A DNA stretch of 32,000 nucleotides from Zymomonas mobilis subsp. mobilis ATCC 10988 (lineage in GTDB: Bacteria > Pseudomonadota > Alphaproteobacteria > Sphingomonadales > Sphingomonadaceae). How positions within the stretch are numbered: position 1 is the first letter of the stretch; the number at the start of each line of letters is the position of its first letter. The notes beneath the pieces were generated by a model. The model had not been told where the DNA came from and ran no database searches. It saw nothing but the letters and a program-made list of their open reading frames with translations. A program made the position numbers and the translations under genes. Below, piece by piece: positions 9,791-19,257 of this stretch. The DNA lies in contig NC_017262.1 of the NCBI RefSeq assembly GCF_000175255.2, positions 900,001 to 932,000 of the forward strand, written 5' to 3'.

Positions 9791-10738
9791 CTAGCGCATC
9801 ATTGATAATATTCTCTGGGCATTAGGTTCACCCTGTCCAGCCGCTTTTTTCAGCCAGAAAACCGCTTTTTCTTTGCTGGCAGGCACACCCTCTCCACTGG
9901 CATAAGCCAAGCCTAAACGGGTCGTCGCTTGGAGATTGCCTTGATCGGCCGCTTTCTGAAACCAAGAGACAGCCTCTCTCGGATTTTTGGCAACGCCCTC
10001 GCCTTTCAGGCAGGCTAAGCCATAAAAGAACTGCCCCTGATCATCGCCTTGAAGAGCGGCTTTTTTAAACCAAAAAGTCGATTTCTCATAGTTTTTCGGC
10101 AGTTTTGTGCCTTCGTGATAGGCCATACCCAAATGGGCTTGCGCCGTGACCGAATTTCCTTCGGCAGCCTTCTGATACCAAGAAATGGCTTTTTCAATAT
10201 TTCTGACAGCAGGATCGCCCGTTTCATAAACTTCACCCAAGAAATTTTGAGCTTGAGGGAAAGCCTGATCCGCTGCTTTTTGTAGCCAAAAAATAGCCTT
10301 TTGGTCATTTTTGGGAACGCCCTGCCCCATATGATAGGCGGCACCTAATAAGGTTTGAGCATCCAAATTCCCCTGATCGGCGGCCTTTTGATACCAGAAG
10401 ATAGCCTTTTCCTGATTTTTAGGCAGACCCACGCCTTGCTGATAGGCATTGCCCAAAAGGGTCTCGGCATCAGAATGTCCTTGGTCAGCCGCTTTTTGCA
10501 GCCAGAAAATGCCTTTGGCATAATCATGGGGCAAAGTTTTGCCTCTAAAATAGCCAAAGCCCACTTTCGCCTCGGCATCAGCATTGCCTTGATCGGCCGC
10601 TTTTTGCAAAGCAGGCGTATAGTCGCTCTGCAATCTTACCGTTATCGATTGGCTTTTGGCCTGCGCGGCAGGCTGCGCTTGCGCTGCACTCAAAATAAAA
10701 GGGAAAAGAACGGTGGTAAAAGATAAAATTTTCTTCAT
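9791..10738 (-). CDS. Exported Sel1-like repeat protein
   Basis: 315 aa; signal peptide MKKILSFTTVLFPFILSAAQAQP and repeated KAIFWLQKAADQG/NAQTLLGAAY-like units. Confidence 0.95.
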   Translation of the reverse strand: MKKILSFTTVLFPFILSAAQAQPAAQAKSQSITVRLQSDYTPALQKAADQGNADAEAKVGFGYFRGKTLPHDYAKGIFWLQKAADQGHSDAETLLGNAYQQGVGLPKNQEKAIFWYQKAADQGNLDAQTLLGAAYHMGQGVPKNDQKAIFWLQKAADQAFPQAQNFLGEVYETGDPAVRNIEKAISWYQKAAEGNSVTAQAHLGMAYHEGTKLPKNYEKSTFWFKKAALQGDDQGQFFYGLACLKGEGVAKNPREAVSWFQKAADQGNLQATTRLGLAYASGEGVPASKEKAVFWLKKAAGQGEPNAQRILSMMR

Positions 10739-10900
10739 AGATACCTTATAATTTAGAAGAAAATCTTCATATCTTTTTCACCACTCTCATTTCAACAATT
10801 TTTATCCAAAATTTGATTACAATCAATCAAACTGAAATAACTTTAAATCACTTCGGATCATCATACGCTTCCGAATAAAAAACGATTTCTATCTGAAAAA

Positions 10901-11830
10901 TTAACTGGAAAGATGGCGGTGATGACTTCTGACACAGGAAAAAACGCTGGCTACAAGTGCAATAAAGGCCATGATTTCCAAAGGATGTGGCCACCGTTTT
11001 TCCCATAGAAAACCGTAAATCAGGGCAAAAAGCGTTTCAAAAAGGATCATCTGCCCGACCATTGTTAAAGGCAAAAGACGGGACATCCTGTTCCATAAAG
11101 CATTGCCAATAATCGAGGCGGCAAGCGCTACACCAATGGCGACAAGGGAAAACTGCATCCATTCATTAAAAGGATGTGCATTTCTCGTCGTAAAGACGAC
11201 AATCGGTATCAAAAGAACTGCCTGAAAACCCGTAGCCAACCCTGTCAATAGATTCCAGTCATGCACAGAAAGATGCGGCAAACGTGACAAGGCACGACTA
11301 TTCCCCACAGCATAAGCCGTCCATGAGGCCAAAGCCCCCAAAGCCAGAAACAAACCCGTAACCGGATGCCCCGATCTGGTAGTCAAAGCCTGCGCTCCTA
11401 TACAAAAGGCGCCCGCGATACAAAAACTTAAAGACGGCCAGAGACGGCGTAAAGCTATCGCTTCGGCATCCCGACTACCGATAATCGACACCGTAACCGG
11501 TAAAAATCCAAGGATAAGAGAGGTCAGGGCAATACCGCCCAACTTCACAGCATTAGATAGCAAAGTGTAATAGAGGGTATTCCCAAGCAAGGCGAGACAG
11601 AGCAAAGTCCGAATTTCCGAGAGCGATATAGTTTTTTTCAGATATGACCATTTAGGTATCGCCAATATCAAAGAGATAACGCCATAAGCGAGGAAACGCC
11701 CGACAACTAACTGCAAAGAGGTAAATTCCGGCACCAATTCCGGTGCCAAAAAGACCAATCCCCAAAAGACCCCAGCACCAGCACCAAACAAGACACCGGA
11801 TATAATCGAGCTATGCGCCTCTTTCACCAT
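10901..11830 (-). CDS. EamA/DMT-family membrane transporter
   Basis: 309 aa; about 10 hydrophobic segments with DMT-like duplicated organisation (GVLFGAGAGVFWGLVFLAPEL...; MVGQMILFETLFALIYGFLWEKRWPHPLEIMAFIALVASVF). Confidence 0.9.
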   Translation of the reverse strand: MVKEAHSSIISGVLFGAGAGVFWGLVFLAPELVPEFTSLQLVVGRFLAYGVISLILAIPKWSYLKKTISLSEIRTLLCLALLGNTLYYTLLSNAVKLGGIALTSLILGFLPVTVSIIGSRDAEAIALRRLWPSLSFCIAGAFCIGAQALTTRSGHPVTGLFLALGALASWTAYAVGNSRALSRLPHLSVHDWNLLTGLATGFQAVLLIPIVVFTTRNAHPFNEWMQFSLVAIGVALAASIIGNALWNRMSRLLPLTMVGQMILFETLFALIYGFLWEKRWPHPLEIMAFIALVASVFSCVRSHHRHLSS

Positions 11831-11925
11831 AGGAAAATCCCCTGTTCCTGACAGAAGAGCTATATCATACGACAGGTGAGATTTGCGCTCTTGATCGGGG
11901 GCATAAATGCAATAATAACTCGCTT

Positions 11926-12402
11926 ATGGAAAAAGCTTATCGCAATCTAGACGCTTTCGATCGTGCTATTTTACGCATTATCCAGCGCGATAATAAAATG
12001 CCGCAACGTCAGATTGCCGAAGCTGTCCATTTATCGGCAGCCGCTGTTCAAAGGCGAATTGCCGCCATGGAAAAATCAGGTATCATTATCAGAAATCAAG
12101 CTGTCATTGATGCCCGTTCTGTACAAATGACAATCACAGCGATTGTTGAAGTCCATTTAATCAATGAACGGATGGATACGGTCAATAATGCCAAAAGGCT
12201 GTTTCATAATGCCCCCGAAGTACAGCAATGCTATTATGTCACTGGTGGGATCAGCTTTGTTCTGATTATGCTTTTGCCTGATATCACCGCTTACGAGGCA
12301 ACGACCCGTCGTTTATTTTCCGATAATGATGATATTGCCAGTTTTCGGACACTTATTGTCCTTGACCTGATCAAGACAGGTTCCGAAATCATTATCCCTT
12401 AA
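11926..12402 (+). CDS. Lrp/AsnC-family transcriptional regulator
   Basis: 158 aa; LDAFDRAILRIIQRDNKMPQRQIAEAVHLSAAAVQRRIAAMEKSGII helix-turn-helix followed by an AsnC ligand-binding domain. Confidence 0.96.
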   Translation: MEKAYRNLDAFDRAILRIIQRDNKMPQRQIAEAVHLSAAAVQRRIAAMEKSGIIIRNQAVIDARSVQMTITAIVEVHLINERMDTVNNAKRLFHNAPEVQQCYYVTGGISFVLIMLLPDITAYEATTRRLFSDNDDIASFRTLIVLDLIKTGSEIIIP

Positions 12403-12470
12403 CTCGCCCCTTCCAATCCAAGAAAAAGGGAACCGCCACAGCAAGACTTTGTTTTTCTACCATAAGGCTA

Positions 12471-13317
12471 GGCTCAGGACTCATTCTTTGAGATAGAAGA
12501 TGAAACTTGCTGCGATATGGATTGCTGACATGAATGTGTGAGCGCACCGGTCGTATCGTGTTGCGACACGCCGCCAGTCTTTGAGCTTTGCGAACATATT
12601 TTCGATGAGGTGACGCTTTTTATACAGATGCCAGTCGTAAGGCGGCTTTGATTTCCGGTTCTTCTTCGGCGGAATACAGGCGGTGATATTCCGGTCTGCG
12701 AGAGACTGTCTGATTTTATTACTGTCGTATCCCCGGTCCCCGAGAATTTCTTGTGTTTCTTCCGGCAGATTTGCCAGCAGAACATCCGCGCCTTTGAAGT
12801 CACTGACCTGACCTGCGGTCAGATGCAGCCGGACAGGGCGGCCCTGACTATCGCATACAGCGTGAAGCTTTGAGTTCAGTCCGCCTTTCGTGCGTCCGAT
12901 ATGGCGGGGAAAAGCCCCTTTTTGAGCAGGGAGGCCGCTGTCCGGTGTGCTTTCAGATGTGTTGCATCGATCATCAGACGCTTCGAACGGCCTGCCTGCT
13001 CCGTCAGGGCGACGAAGATCCGGTCAAAGACACCCAGGCGGCTCCACCGGATAAACCGGTTGTATAAAGTCTTGTGCGGGCCATACGCTTTCGGGGCGTC
13101 TTTCCACTGAAGGCCGTTGCGGATCACGTAAACGATCCCGCTCAGGACACGACGGTCATCGACACGCGGCACACCATGCGCCAGTGGAAAAAACGGCTTA
13201 ATCCGTTCCATCTGGTGCTCAGACAGCAAAAACACGTCACTCACAGCTTCACCTCCATCGGTAAACCTGTGAATCACAACAGCCCGCTCAACTCAAGAAA
13301 TTAACAGGTCCTGAGCC
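12471..13317 (-). mobile_element. IS5-family (IS427-like group) insertion sequence
   Basis: Terminal inverted repeats GGCTCAGGAC (12471-12480) and GTCCTGAGCC (13308-13317), flanked by TA on both sides in a CTAG context (12468-12470 cta; 13318-13320 tag). The interior encodes an IS5-family DDE transposase. Confidence 0.9.
12481..13277 (-). CDS. IS5-family transposase in two frames, joined by a probable -1 frameshift
   Basis: First frame (13277 to 12876) encodes LLSEHQMERIKPFFPLAHGVPRVDDRRVLSGIVYVIRNGLQWKDAPKAYGPHKTLYNRF...LLKKG. The -1 frame continues open to a TGA at 12481-12483: AFPRHIGRTKGGLNSKLHAVCDSQGRP...GDRGYDSNKIR...KRHLIENMFAKLKDWRRVATRYDRCAHTFMSAIHIAASFIFYLKE*. Candidate slip region CAAAAAG is at 12918-12924 on the minus strand. 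Confidence 0.88.
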
Positions 13318-13599
13318 TAGGTCGTTTTATTAGGTCTGTTTGGCCTGAAAACAGTTAAGCCCCATAGGGGTCTTGCCGGATAAACCTTTGTATCCGGTAA
13401 AGATTCGACTTCTTTGACGGAAAAAACAGAGGAAAATTCAATAATTGCGATGGGATATAGCTTAATTTGCGATGAACGGAAAAGGCTTTTAGTAAAAATA
13501 TTGGCTTGGGCTGCCTTTAATCAGAAAATTTAATATTGAAAATCGATTAAGGATAATAGCTTGCCTTTTATCCTGTAACTTCCGACATTATAAGGCGTT

Positions 13600-16431
13600 A
13601 TGTCCCGTCTTTCTTCTTCGTCATCTGTTATCGCTGTTTTGGGCCCGACCAATACCGGAAAGACCCATTTAGCGGTTCAGCGGATGTGTTCCTATACATC
13701 AGGTGTTATAGGATTTCCTTTAAGATTACTGGCTCGCGAGGTTTATGATCGCGTAGTCGAGATCAAAGGCGCTGATCGTGTCGCTTTGATTACGGGCGAA
13801 GAAAAGATTCTGCCGGAGAAAGCCCAATATTTTCTTTGCACGGCAGAATCTATGCCGATGAACCGCGATTTTGCCTTTGCGGCTTTGGATGAAGTGCAAT
13901 TAGGCTGTGATCGCGAGCGGGGGCATGTTTTTACCGATCGCCTGTTGAATTTGAGAGGGCGAGAAGAAACGATGTTTTTAGGGTCGGATGCGCTCCGCCC
14001 TTTGCTGCGCCGTTTAATTCCCGGGATCGAGATTGTTAGCCGTCCCCGATTTTCAACCCTGTCCTATAGTGGCCCGACCAAATTATCGCGTTTGCCTCCA
14101 CGTTCGGCAATCGTCGCCTTTTCAGCCGAAGAAGTTTACGCCACGGCAGAAATGCTGCGCCGTCTGCGCGGTGGGGCTGCGGTCGTTATGGGAGCGTTGT
14201 CGCCTCGCACCAGAAATGCCCAAGTCGAGATGTTTCAGGCGGGGGAAGTCAATTATCTGGTGGCGACTGATGCAATTGGCATGGGGTTGAATATGGATGT
14301 AACCCATGTAGCCTTTGCCTCTTTAAGTAAATTTGATGGAAGGCAAGTCAGAAGGCTGACCATTCCTGAAATGGCACAGATTGCTGGCCGTGCCGGACGG
14401 TATCAACGTGATGGCAGTTTCGGGGTGTTGCAATGGCCGGGTGAAACGCTGGAATTTCGCGAAGAAGAAGTCTCGGCGATCGAAGAGCATCATTTTTCCC
14501 CTGCAGAATATCTCTATTGGCGGGAAGGGCAGCCGGATGTCAGCCGTTTGGATGCGTTGATTGCCTCTTTGGAACGAAAACCCGGGCTGCCTTTATTGCG
14601 GGCTGCACCTGAAAGCTATGATTTGGCTGTTCTCCATAAATTGGCAGAAGATCCGGTCATTAAAGATCGGGCGCGCTCTTCTTTGGCTGTAAAAAGGTTA
14701 TGGGCGGTCTGTGGCTTACCTGATTTTAGAAAGACCGGCATCGAAGCCCATAGTCGTTTAGTTCGGCGAATTTTTGGTTATTTGACTGAGGGTAATGGCT
14801 ATTTGCCTGTCAGTTGGTTTGCGGATGAAATCGTCAAATTGGATAATGTCCAAGGTGATGTCCCGACTTTATCCGAGCGTTTAGCGGGTATTCGTATTTG
14901 GGCCTATATTGCCCACCGATCTGATTGGTTAGAAAATCCGGCGAAATGGGCTGAAAGAACACGAGCATTAGAAGAAAAACTATCAGATGCTTTACATGAA
15001 AGATTAACCCAGCGTTTTGTTGATCGTCGCACCTCTATCCTGATGCAGGATATGGGGAAGGCGGCTTTGGATATGCTGCCAACAGAATTTTCAGAAGATG
15101 GCGTGGTTCTGGTGGGAGGAGAATCCATTGGGCGATTAGATGGCTTTTCTTTCCATGTTGATCCGGCGGCTCGTCATGGTGATATGAAACGGTTACATGC
15201 CGCTGCTGAACGTCGTTTAGGCGGTGAATTAACGCGGCGCGCTAAAGCCTTGCAAGAAGATGAGGATAAGGCTTTCTCTCTGTTGACAGCAAAAGGAGAA
15301 AAAATCGGGATATCTTGGCGTGGATATCCGATTGCCGATTTAGAGCGTGGAAAGTCGTTTTTAACGCCTCGGGTAAAGTTAAGCCGGAAGCTGGATCGTT
15401 TATCACCGATCGATCAAAAGCAGATCGAAGAGCGACTGGTTACATGGTTAAAGGGTAATATCCAGCAGACCTTAGGTAGTCTGGTTAAATTGGCAGAGTT
15501 ATCGGAATTATCTACCACGCCCCCTTCTTTGCGGGCATTATTGGCTTCTTTGGTCGAAAAGGGCGGTTGTCTTCCCCGTGTCGAAATCGATGACATTCTG
15601 AAAATGCTGAACCGCCCTTTGAAAAAACAGGCGGCGGTTTTGGGTATTCGTTTCGGGCGGTTGGATATTTTTATGCCCGCTTTGTTAAAGCCGAAAGCGA
15701 TTGACTGGCGATTAGCGTTATTGGCCGTTTTTCATAATCGTCTTTTGTCCTTTATCCCAAAAAATAGGGGTTCAGCGATAGAAACGCCTCTTGAGAGTGA
15801 CGCTGCGGAAATGGCTGGATGGGTCGGCTTCCGCTCTTTGGGCAGTCAGATGTTGCGGGTCGATAGTGCCGAAAAATTGGCAACGATGGTTCATGATCGG
15901 CGGCCTTCTCAAAAAATGGATAAAAACGCCGTCCATAATAAAATTGATCCGTCCCACCCTTCTTCTGGTCAGAAAACAGAAAGAAAGGTGGCTTCGCCTC
16001 TGTCGAAAAGAGTAAAAAAGAAGGCGGATGATTCCGCGATGGAAGCGGTCAAAAAAGATACCATGAGAAAAGTAAAAATGGCAGGATCTTTGCCGATACC
16101 CGCAAAGAAACAGCCTAAAAAAGGTGACCAAAAGAAGAAAGAAAAGATTCCGCAAAGCCAAGGTAACACGCTGCGTCAGCCTTCCTTTGCCCCTGATCAA
16201 CGTATGATGCAGGCTATGGGTTTGAAAGCTGATGCTTTTGCCAAGTTGATGTTGAAATTGGGTTTTTATCCAGCAGATAAAAAGCAGAAAAAGGATAGCT
16301 CTATTAAAGAGGATAAGCCGCAATGGGTATGGCGGGGCGTAAAGCGGGGCAGTCAGCGGAGGCGCGCTTCTTTTAAAAAACAGCCTGATATTCCCAATGC
16401 TTTTTCTGTTTTAGCCCATTTGAAAAAATGA
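13600..16431 (+). CDS. SUV3/DEAD-like superfamily 2 helicase with C-terminal extension
   Basis: 943 aa; Walker A GPTNTGKTHLA, DEVQLGCDRERG, YLVATDAIGMGLNMDV, QIAGRAGRYQRDGSFG; Lys-rich C-terminal tail. Confidence 0.93.
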   Translation: MSRLSSSSSVIAVLGPTNTGKTHLAVQRMCSYTSGVIGFPLRLLAREVYDRVVEIKGADRVALITGEEKILPEKAQYFLCTAESMPMNRDFAFAALDEVQLGCDRERGHVFTDRLLNLRGREETMFLGSDALRPLLRRLIPGIEIVSRPRFSTLSYSGPTKLSRLPPRSAIVAFSAEEVYATAEMLRRLRGGAAVVMGALSPRTRNAQVEMFQAGEVNYLVATDAIGMGLNMDVTHVAFASLSKFDGRQVRRLTIPEMAQIAGRAGRYQRDGSFGVLQWPGETLEFREEEVSAIEEHHFSPAEYLYWREGQPDVSRLDALIASLERKPGLPLLRAAPESYDLAVLHKLAEDPVIKDRARSSLAVKRLWAVCGLPDFRKTGIEAHSRLVRRIFGYLTEGNGYLPVSWFADEIVKLDNVQGDVPTLSERLAGIRIWAYIAHRSDWLENPAKWAERTRALEEKLSDALHERLTQRFVDRRTSILMQDMGKAALDMLPTEFSEDGVVLVGGESIGRLDGFSFHVDPAARHGDMKRLHAAAERRLGGELTRRAKALQEDEDKAFSLLTAKGEKIGISWRGYPIADLERGKSFLTPRVKLSRKLDRLSPIDQKQIEERLVTWLKGNIQQTLGSLVKLAELSELSTTPPSLRALLASLVEKGGCLPRVEIDDILKMLNRPLKKQAAVLGIRFGRLDIFMPALLKPKAIDWRLALLAVFHNRLLSFIPKNRGSAIETPLESDAAEMAGWVGFRSLGSQMLRVDSAEKLATMVHDRRPSQKMDKNAVHNKIDPSHPSSGQKTERKVASPLSKRVKKKADDSAMEAVKKDTMRKVKMAGSLPIPAKKQPKKGDQKKKEKIPQSQGNTLRQPSFAPDQRMMQAMGLKADAFAKLMLKLGFYPADKKQKKDSSIKEDKPQWVWRGVKRGSQRRRASFKKQPDIPNAFSVLAHLKK

Positions 16432-16662
16432 TTTGTGAAATTTTATCGTCCTGTTCCGTTATCTCGGCTGTCTGTGATGCTTCGGCACTTGTCAAAATTT
16501 CATTTAATTCCTAGAGCAGGGCTTCCGTATTCTGGAAAGAGTAGGCGTTTGGCCGGAAAAATGGTTTTGATTTTCCGTGTCGGGCGTCTTTTTGGTTGTT
16601 CATCAGGGTGCATCATTCAGCTTTAAAGCCGCGACGTGATGCCCTTATCGGAGTTTTTTATA

Positions 16663-17001
16663 ATGACTTATGTCGTTACCGATGCCTGTATCCGTTGTAA
16701 ATATATGGATTGCGTCGAGGTTTGCCCCGTCGATTGTTTCTATGAAGGCGAGAATATGCTCGTCATCAATCCGAATGAATGCATTGATTGCGGTGTTTGC
16801 GAACCGGAATGTCCGGCTGAAGCTATTTTGCCTGATACTGAAAACGGGCTGGAAAGCTGGATGGAACTGAACCGCAAATATGCCGAAGAATGGCCGAATA
16901 TCACGCATAAAACCGATGTCCCCGCTGATGCCGATGAAATGCGCGAAGTAACGGGCAAATTGGAAAAGTTCTTTTCACCAAAACCGGGAAATGGTGATTA
17001 A
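16663..17001 (+). CDS. fdxA: 7Fe-type ferredoxin family protein (FdxA-like)
   Basis: [58 protein letters not shown] at 16663 is preferred over the upstream 16636 start given in the track. Confidence 0.96.
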   Translation: MTYVVTDACIRCKYMDCVEVCPVDCFYEGENMLVINPNECIDCGVCEPECPAEAILPDTENGLESWMELNRKYAEEWPNITHKTDVPADADEMREVTGKLEKFFSPKPGNGD

Positions 17002-17045
17002 TCCTTTTTTGTCCTTTCCCATTTAAGATTACGTTTTCTGTTATA

Positions 17046-17084
17046 AGCCTAATAACGTCCCTTAATTTTGGGCGTTATTGGGCT
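17046..17084. other. Strong hairpin between the ferredoxin gene and carD
   Basis: AGCCTAATAACGTCC (17046-17060) pairs with GGGCGTTATTGGGCT (17070-17084): 15-bp stem including two G-T(U) pairs, 9-nt loop. No adjacent poly-T on either strand. Confidence 0.75.
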
Positions 17085-17329
17085 ATGACCTGTTGGAATT
17101 TTGCCTGATTTGTGTTAAAGAGTCTTTCGAAAAGAAGGTTTTCCAAGGATTTTATTTTAGACAATCAGTGAATGGGTTGTCTCTTTTCATCCTATGTATC
17201 GCAAAAATGGGTTCTCTGCATCATGACTACCGACCGATGTCGGGCTATGATATCTAATTGTCCGGTACCTGATTTTTTAAGATCATCAGTCATCGAACGG
17301 GAACCTTACCACAGGAAAGGTCGTATATA

Positions 17330-17884
17330 ATGGCTTCCAAGGCGCTGAGTTTCGTCGTCGGCGATTACGTCGTATATCCCAAGCACGGTGTTGGGCGCGT
17401 AGTTGAGTTACAAAGCCAAGAAATTGCCGGAACCCGTCTTGAACTTTATGTCCTGCGTTTTGAAAAAGAACGGATGACCTTGAGAGTTCCGACAAACAAA
17501 GCAGAAGCAGTCGGCATGCGGAAGCTTTCATCCAGTGCGACGCTTCAGGAAGCAATCCAGACTTTGAAGGGAAAACCCCGTATCAAGCGGACAATGTGGT
17601 CTCGGCGGGCGCAGGAATATGAAACCAAGATCAATTCGGGTGATCTCGTTTCTATTGCCGAAGTGGTGCGTGATTTGTTCCGTGCCGATGATCAGCCGGA
17701 GCAGAGCTATTCTGAACGCCAGATTTTTGAAGGGGCAGCTTCCCGTCTTGCTCGCGAATTAGGCGCGATGGAAAACACCGATGAAGCGCAGGCGTTAGAT
17801 AAAATCTTTGACGTTTTGAAGGCTGCTGCTGCTGAACATCGTCAGGCGGTTAAAGAATTAGCTAAAGAAGAAGCGGTAGATTAA
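17330..17884 (+). CDS. CarD/CdnL-family transcriptional regulator
   Basis: 184 aa; FVVGDYVVYPKHGVGRVVELQSQEIAGTRLELYVLRFEKERMTLRVP. Confidence 0.96.
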   Translation: MASKALSFVVGDYVVYPKHGVGRVVELQSQEIAGTRLELYVLRFEKERMTLRVPTNKAEAVGMRKLSSSATLQEAIQTLKGKPRIKRTMWSRRAQEYETKINSGDLVSIAEVVRDLFRADDQPEQSYSERQIFEGAASRLARELGAMENTDEAQALDKIFDVLKAAAAEHRQAVKELAKEEAVD

Positions 17885-17936
17885 AATAAAGGCCTTGAAA
17901 AAGGCTTTTTCTTTTATCTCAAGATAATCTTCAAAT

Positions 17937-17970
17937 AAAAACGGCTTTTATGAAAAAGCCGTTTTTATTT
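17937..17970 (+). terminator. Rho-independent terminator downstream of carD
   Basis: AAAAACGGCTTTT ATGA AAAAGCCGTTTTT: 13-bp stem, T-rich 3' side (TTTTTATTT). Confidence 0.85.
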
Positions 17971-18108
17971 TAATATTAAGTAATTTATAAAAATTTGATA
18001 AAAATAGATTTATAAAGCCCAATCTTATAAAGAATTAGGGTGTTTTTGTCGTTACCATTATTTAAAATTTCTTCCAAAAGCGGAATATATTAAACCGAGA
18101 GGCGCGTT

Positions 18109-18408
18109 ATGTCTGCCTACGTTATTTCTGATACCAATCCCAAAGATCCTGACGCATGGAAAATCTATATTGGATTAGCGGCTACCGCTATCAAGCAATA
18201 TGGTGGTCGCTATTTATCTCGAGGGAACGAAATTGATGTCATTGAAGGGGAATGGACTCCCCGTGCGATTGTGGTCATTGAATTTCCAGATATGGCGACA
18301 GCAAAAACATGGTATGCTTCCCCAGAATATGCAAAAGCCTTGGTCTATCGAGATAAAGCACTGAAACGTAATTTGATTTTTATTGATGGTTATAAAGGCG
18401 AAAATTGA
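18109..18408 (+). CDS. DUF1330-like small protein
   Basis: 99 aa; MSAYVISDTNPKDPDAWKIYIGLAATAIKQYGGRYLSRGNEIDVIEGEWTPRAIVVIEFPDMATAKTWYASPEYAKALVYRDKALKRNLIFIDGY. Confidence 0.88.
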   Translation: MSAYVISDTNPKDPDAWKIYIGLAATAIKQYGGRYLSRGNEIDVIEGEWTPRAIVVIEFPDMATAKTWYASPEYAKALVYRDKALKRNLIFIDGYKGEN

Positions 18409-18487
18409 GATAAAAACCTTGTTGAATTATGATATGAATTAACATAATTAAATATTATATTATTTTTTTATAATTTTAGAGCAGATT

Positions 18488-19249
18488 GTGCGTGATCGTT
18501 ACAAGATAGGATGCTGTCTTCTTTTTATTATAGCGGCTTTTGCTGTGATAACGGTAAAGGTTTGGCCTTCCTTTTCAGGAAGAATTGACCAATCCTATCA
18601 TTTTCAACCTTTCGACACGCTTTATTTAGCGGGTATTGATGATGCAGAAATCATTCTGGGTGATGATTATTCTGTTAATCTTCAAGTCGCGCCAAAGGCT
18701 GTGAAGTCTTTGGATATCGAGTTCAAAAATAATAGCTTGAATATTCTATATAAGAAAAATTGGCTAAACTATCTCGATTTTCACAAATCACCTGTCAAAA
18801 TTCGGATTACACTGCCTGTTTTGAAAGAATGTGTTTCTTCTGGCGCTGGCTTTGTCTCGATCGAGGGCGAAGTCAGAAATCCTTTGACCGTTATTTTAAA
18901 TGGCTCGGGGAAAATAAATGTTTCCAGTGCTATTCGTGATAATTTGACGGCTATTTTAAACGGGTCAGGCGCGATCTCTTTTTCAGATATTCATGCTGAC
19001 AAAGTCGTATCTGATATTATGGGTTCTGGTCAGATTACTTTTGCCGGAGATTCACGATCTGCTACACTTCGTCTTATGGGATCTGGCAAGATGGATGTCA
19101 GCAAATTCCAGTCGCAGACTGTTAATCTATCTTTGATGGGCTCCGGCGATATTGAAGTAAAGCCGGACGCGGATATGAGCCGTTGGAAGATTTCCAAAAT
19201 GGGAAGTGGTAATATCCGGCAGCAAAAGGCTATACCCCTAAAAGGATAG
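18488..19249 (+). CDS. Head-GIN/DUF2807-like exported protein
   Basis: 253 aa; N-terminal hydrophobic segment followed by repeated short beta-like units with NGSGKI, NGSGAI, MGSGQI, MGSGKM, MGSGDI, MGSGNI. Confidence 0.8.
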   Translation: MRDRYKIGCCLLFIIAAFAVITVKVWPSFSGRIDQSYHFQPFDTLYLAGIDDAEIILGDDYSVNLQVAPKAVKSLDIEFKNNSLNILYKKNWLNYLDFHKSPVKIRITLPVLKECVSSGAGFVSIEGEVRNPLTVILNGSGKINVSSAIRDNLTAILNGSGAISFSDIHADKVVSDIMGSGQITFAGDSRSATLRLMGSGKMDVSKFQSQTVNLSLMGSGDIEVKPDADMSRWKISKMGSGNIRQQKAIPLKG

Positions 19250-19257
19250 CCTTGCCG

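Noticed and set aside
12474-12803. 109-aa minus-strand ORF as the transposase C-terminus
   Set aside because: Wrong frame. The adjacent frame gives the canonical transposase sequence (KKRHLIENMFAKLKDWRRVATRYDRCAHTFM) down to a stop at 12481-12483.
12870-13304. Plus-strand ORFs inside the IS (12870..13067, 12901..13110, 13074..13304)
   Set aside because: Antisense shadows of the transposase.
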